Shown piece by piece: positions 61,713 through 64,000 of a DNA stretch of 64,000 bases; position 1 is the stretch's first letter; each line of letters begins with the position of its first letter. The translations under genes were made by a program, and so were the position numbers. This stretch comes from Octopus bimaculoides (Eukaryota). Where the stretch lies: positions 14,974,227 to 15,038,226 of the forward strand of contig NC_068995.1 in the NCBI RefSeq assembly GCF_001194135.2, read 5' to 3'. The notes under the pieces are model-generated. The model did no database searches and was not told the DNA's origin. It saw only the letters and a program-made list of their open reading frames with translations.

Positions 61713-62083
61713 TGTAGTGACATCATATTGGCGCCATTACTGAATCCTTAACCACGCCTGCGTGGGTTTCAACATCGAAGCGTTCCCGCTATTATTCGGT
61801 CTCTTACCAAGGCAGACAGCGACCAAGCAAGACGTCTAAGCAAGCTCTCCCATTTGAGTGTGGTTGAACCAAGTTGTCTCTATAACGACATCAGCACGAA
61901 GAACCATACATCTACATTTCAGGCTACTCTAAAACCGGACAATTAGAAGCTGTTTACCTTTTCCACCGAACAATAAATATTTGTTGTTGTTGATCAGTTT
62001 GGAGTTTCTGCGTTCGGTTCTCTTCCAATTTAATGTAGGAGAGTTAGGTGTATATCTAAAGATATATAACCCACTCTCCTAAA
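61713..62083 (+). mobile_element. Candidate LTR (371 bp) of a Ty3/Gypsy-type element
   Basis: Starts TGTAG, ends CTAAA (CTACA with one change), AATAAA at 61972-61977, followed after 1 nt by a PBS; CpG-retaining. Confidence 0.6.
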
Positions 62084-62084
62084 G

Positions 62085-62102
62085 TGGTGACCCCGACGTG
62101 AT
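62085..62102 (+). promoter_or_regulatory. Primer-binding site complementary to tRNA-Trp 3' end including CCA
   Basis: TGGTGACCCCGACGTGAT is the reverse complement of the metazoan tRNA-Trp(CCA) 3' end (...ATCACGTCGGGGTCA + CCA), recalled from the conserved sequence. Confidence 0.8.
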
Positions 62103-63413
62103 TCGATCATGCAGCCCGGAAATGACACATATGACAAGTGCAGAAAGTCTTTGTGAGAAATTCAACTTTCAGGCTGATTATTGCATATCAATACATATTC
62201 TTGTTGCCATTTTATGTTTTCTTCTATTGTGCCAGGCTGAATATGTAGCTGTGAAAACATCTATGTGTAGAGAGTGAACATCACAACTCAGCAGTTTTCT
62301 TGCTCAAATGAGCTGTATTTGTAGGCTGTGTCCACGAAGGTTCTAGTCATGCCACCAGACTATCATGTGAACAGCAGCTGTTGATTGGACCAAAATTGGG
62401 TTTGCGTACAGGATCAACTTATGATTTCTATGTGGCAAAAAACATGGGGTCGAATTCAACTGTAACAAGTATGTACTTTGTAGATCATGTTATTTTATTG
62501 AGGGTGTGATTGTATATGGTTATGTGTTGTTTGCAGAGAGGACACTTGTGTTTTGCTGAATAGAATGAAAGTTTATTTTGCAGGATGTGGACTGTACCTA
62601 ACACGTTTATAGATTGATCTGTTGTTCTTGTGACAAAATAAGAAAATAGCTGTTATCATTGTTCTAATTCTCAAATGAAATCATTTATCTGATTTCATTA
62701 ATAATTCCTAAATATTAATTACGTTGATGACGTCCATAAAACATCTTTAACAAAAGTCGCCAACTTTTTTTTCATTTTGCCCTACGGACAGGTTTCATCA
62801 CAAGATAATTTTTCCATGGACCAGAGGATAACACGCGTAACATAATACAACAACGTGCATAATATACAATTAACCATCATACACACACATTTATATACAC
62901 ACAACACACATAATACATACATATATGCATGTATGTGTGTTAGGCACAATCGCTAGCGGCATTTCGTCTGTGTTCAAATTCTGCCGAGGTCTACTTTGCC
63001 TTTCCTTTCGCAGTTGATAAATTAATTACCAGTTACGTACAGTAGTCGATGCAATCGACTAGCCCCTTCCCCAAAATTGCTGGCCTTGTGCCAAAATTTT
63101 AACCGAATTATTATTATTATTATATATAATGCTAAAAATATCCTGTTGATGACGATAGCTAATGAAATAAAAGTGAAACTGAAAAATTTATTCTTTCTGT
63201 GCGGCATGGTGGTAGGGAGCCACCTGGTCTATAGAATCTAGCTTAGCTATTCTGTTAATCAATCTATGAATGAATTTAAAGTATTTGCAGTCACGCAATA
63301 TATTTATATACAGCTGGCAGAAAATGAGAACAATTCGAAACAGATATTAGTTAAAAAAAACAGAAACAAAAAAAGCAAAATTGTTTAAAGCGCCCTTATT
63401 TAACGTTAATATT

Positions 63414-63680
63414 GTTGTTAGTTGGCACTCCGTCGCTTACGACGTTGAGGGTTCCAGTTGATCTAATCAACGGAACAGCCTGCTCGTGAAATTAACATGC
63501 AGGCTGTGTACCTTTAATGTAGTTCTCGGGGATATTCAGCGTGACACAGTGTGACAAGGCTGACCCTTCGAAATACAGGCACAAGAGAAACAGGAGGAAA
63601 GTTGTGGTGAAAGAGTACAGCAGGAGCCTCGTGAAGCTTTAGGTGTTTTCGCCCTAACCACTGGGCCATTGCGCCTCCAC
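63414..63680 (-). mobile_element. SINE family D with internal deletions
   Basis: Reverse complement of 40854-41312 lacking the B-box segment; 12-bp TSD aacgttaatatt (63402-63413, 63681-63692). Confidence 0.88.
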
Positions 63681-64000
63681 AACGTTAATATTAATATAAT
63701 ATTATTAAGAATCGTGACTGAAGTGGATTGCTTTCTAAGGGAGGAAAAAAATTGAGAATAGTTATTTGGAGTTACTTCCCATTATGCTGTAGCTCTTTGA
63801 TGTCAATAAACCACGTTGTGGAATTCTTTCACACAATTAATTATTTCTTATTACGATGGCATCATTTAAGAATACATTTATAAAACAATATCCACGTTCT
63901 CAAGAAGTCACTGCTGATAACCTTTATTGGAAACTAGAACCTGCAATAATTAAACGTGAGTACGGGGCAATCAGTTTCATAGACTTTTCTCATTTTGAAC

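Overview
AT-rich, repeat-dense animal genomic DNA from a draft assembly with 12 N-gaps. The SINE and microsatellite landscape looks like an octopus (coleoid cephalopod); this is my recognition, not a database result. Only one protein-coding gene is firmly supported: an intact, intron-free GMP synthase ORF (34063-36132, +, 689 aa) in a CpG-retaining zone. The rest is mobile-element debris: several tRNA-derived or (GAT)n-tailed SINE families, R4/Dong and RTE non-LTR fragments, a decayed near-full-length mariner, Tc1/mariner and hAT transposase fragments, and hAT, mariner and piggyBac-type MITEs. There are also Penelope-like termini with degenerate hammerhead motifs, one LTR with a tRNA-Trp primer-binding site, many fold-backs and microsatellites. 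The best leads are the intronless GMPS (candidate retrogene, possibly with a divergent spliced neighbour), the LTR flanked by both a PPT-like tract and an over-long PBS, the hammerhead-like motifs and a 290-bp inverted duplication of a hAT fragment. Repeat coordinates are approximate (about +/-10-20 bp) unless TIRs/TSDs are quoted. SINE family letters A-G are my own labels. No CRISPR array, rRNA or true tRNA gene was seen.
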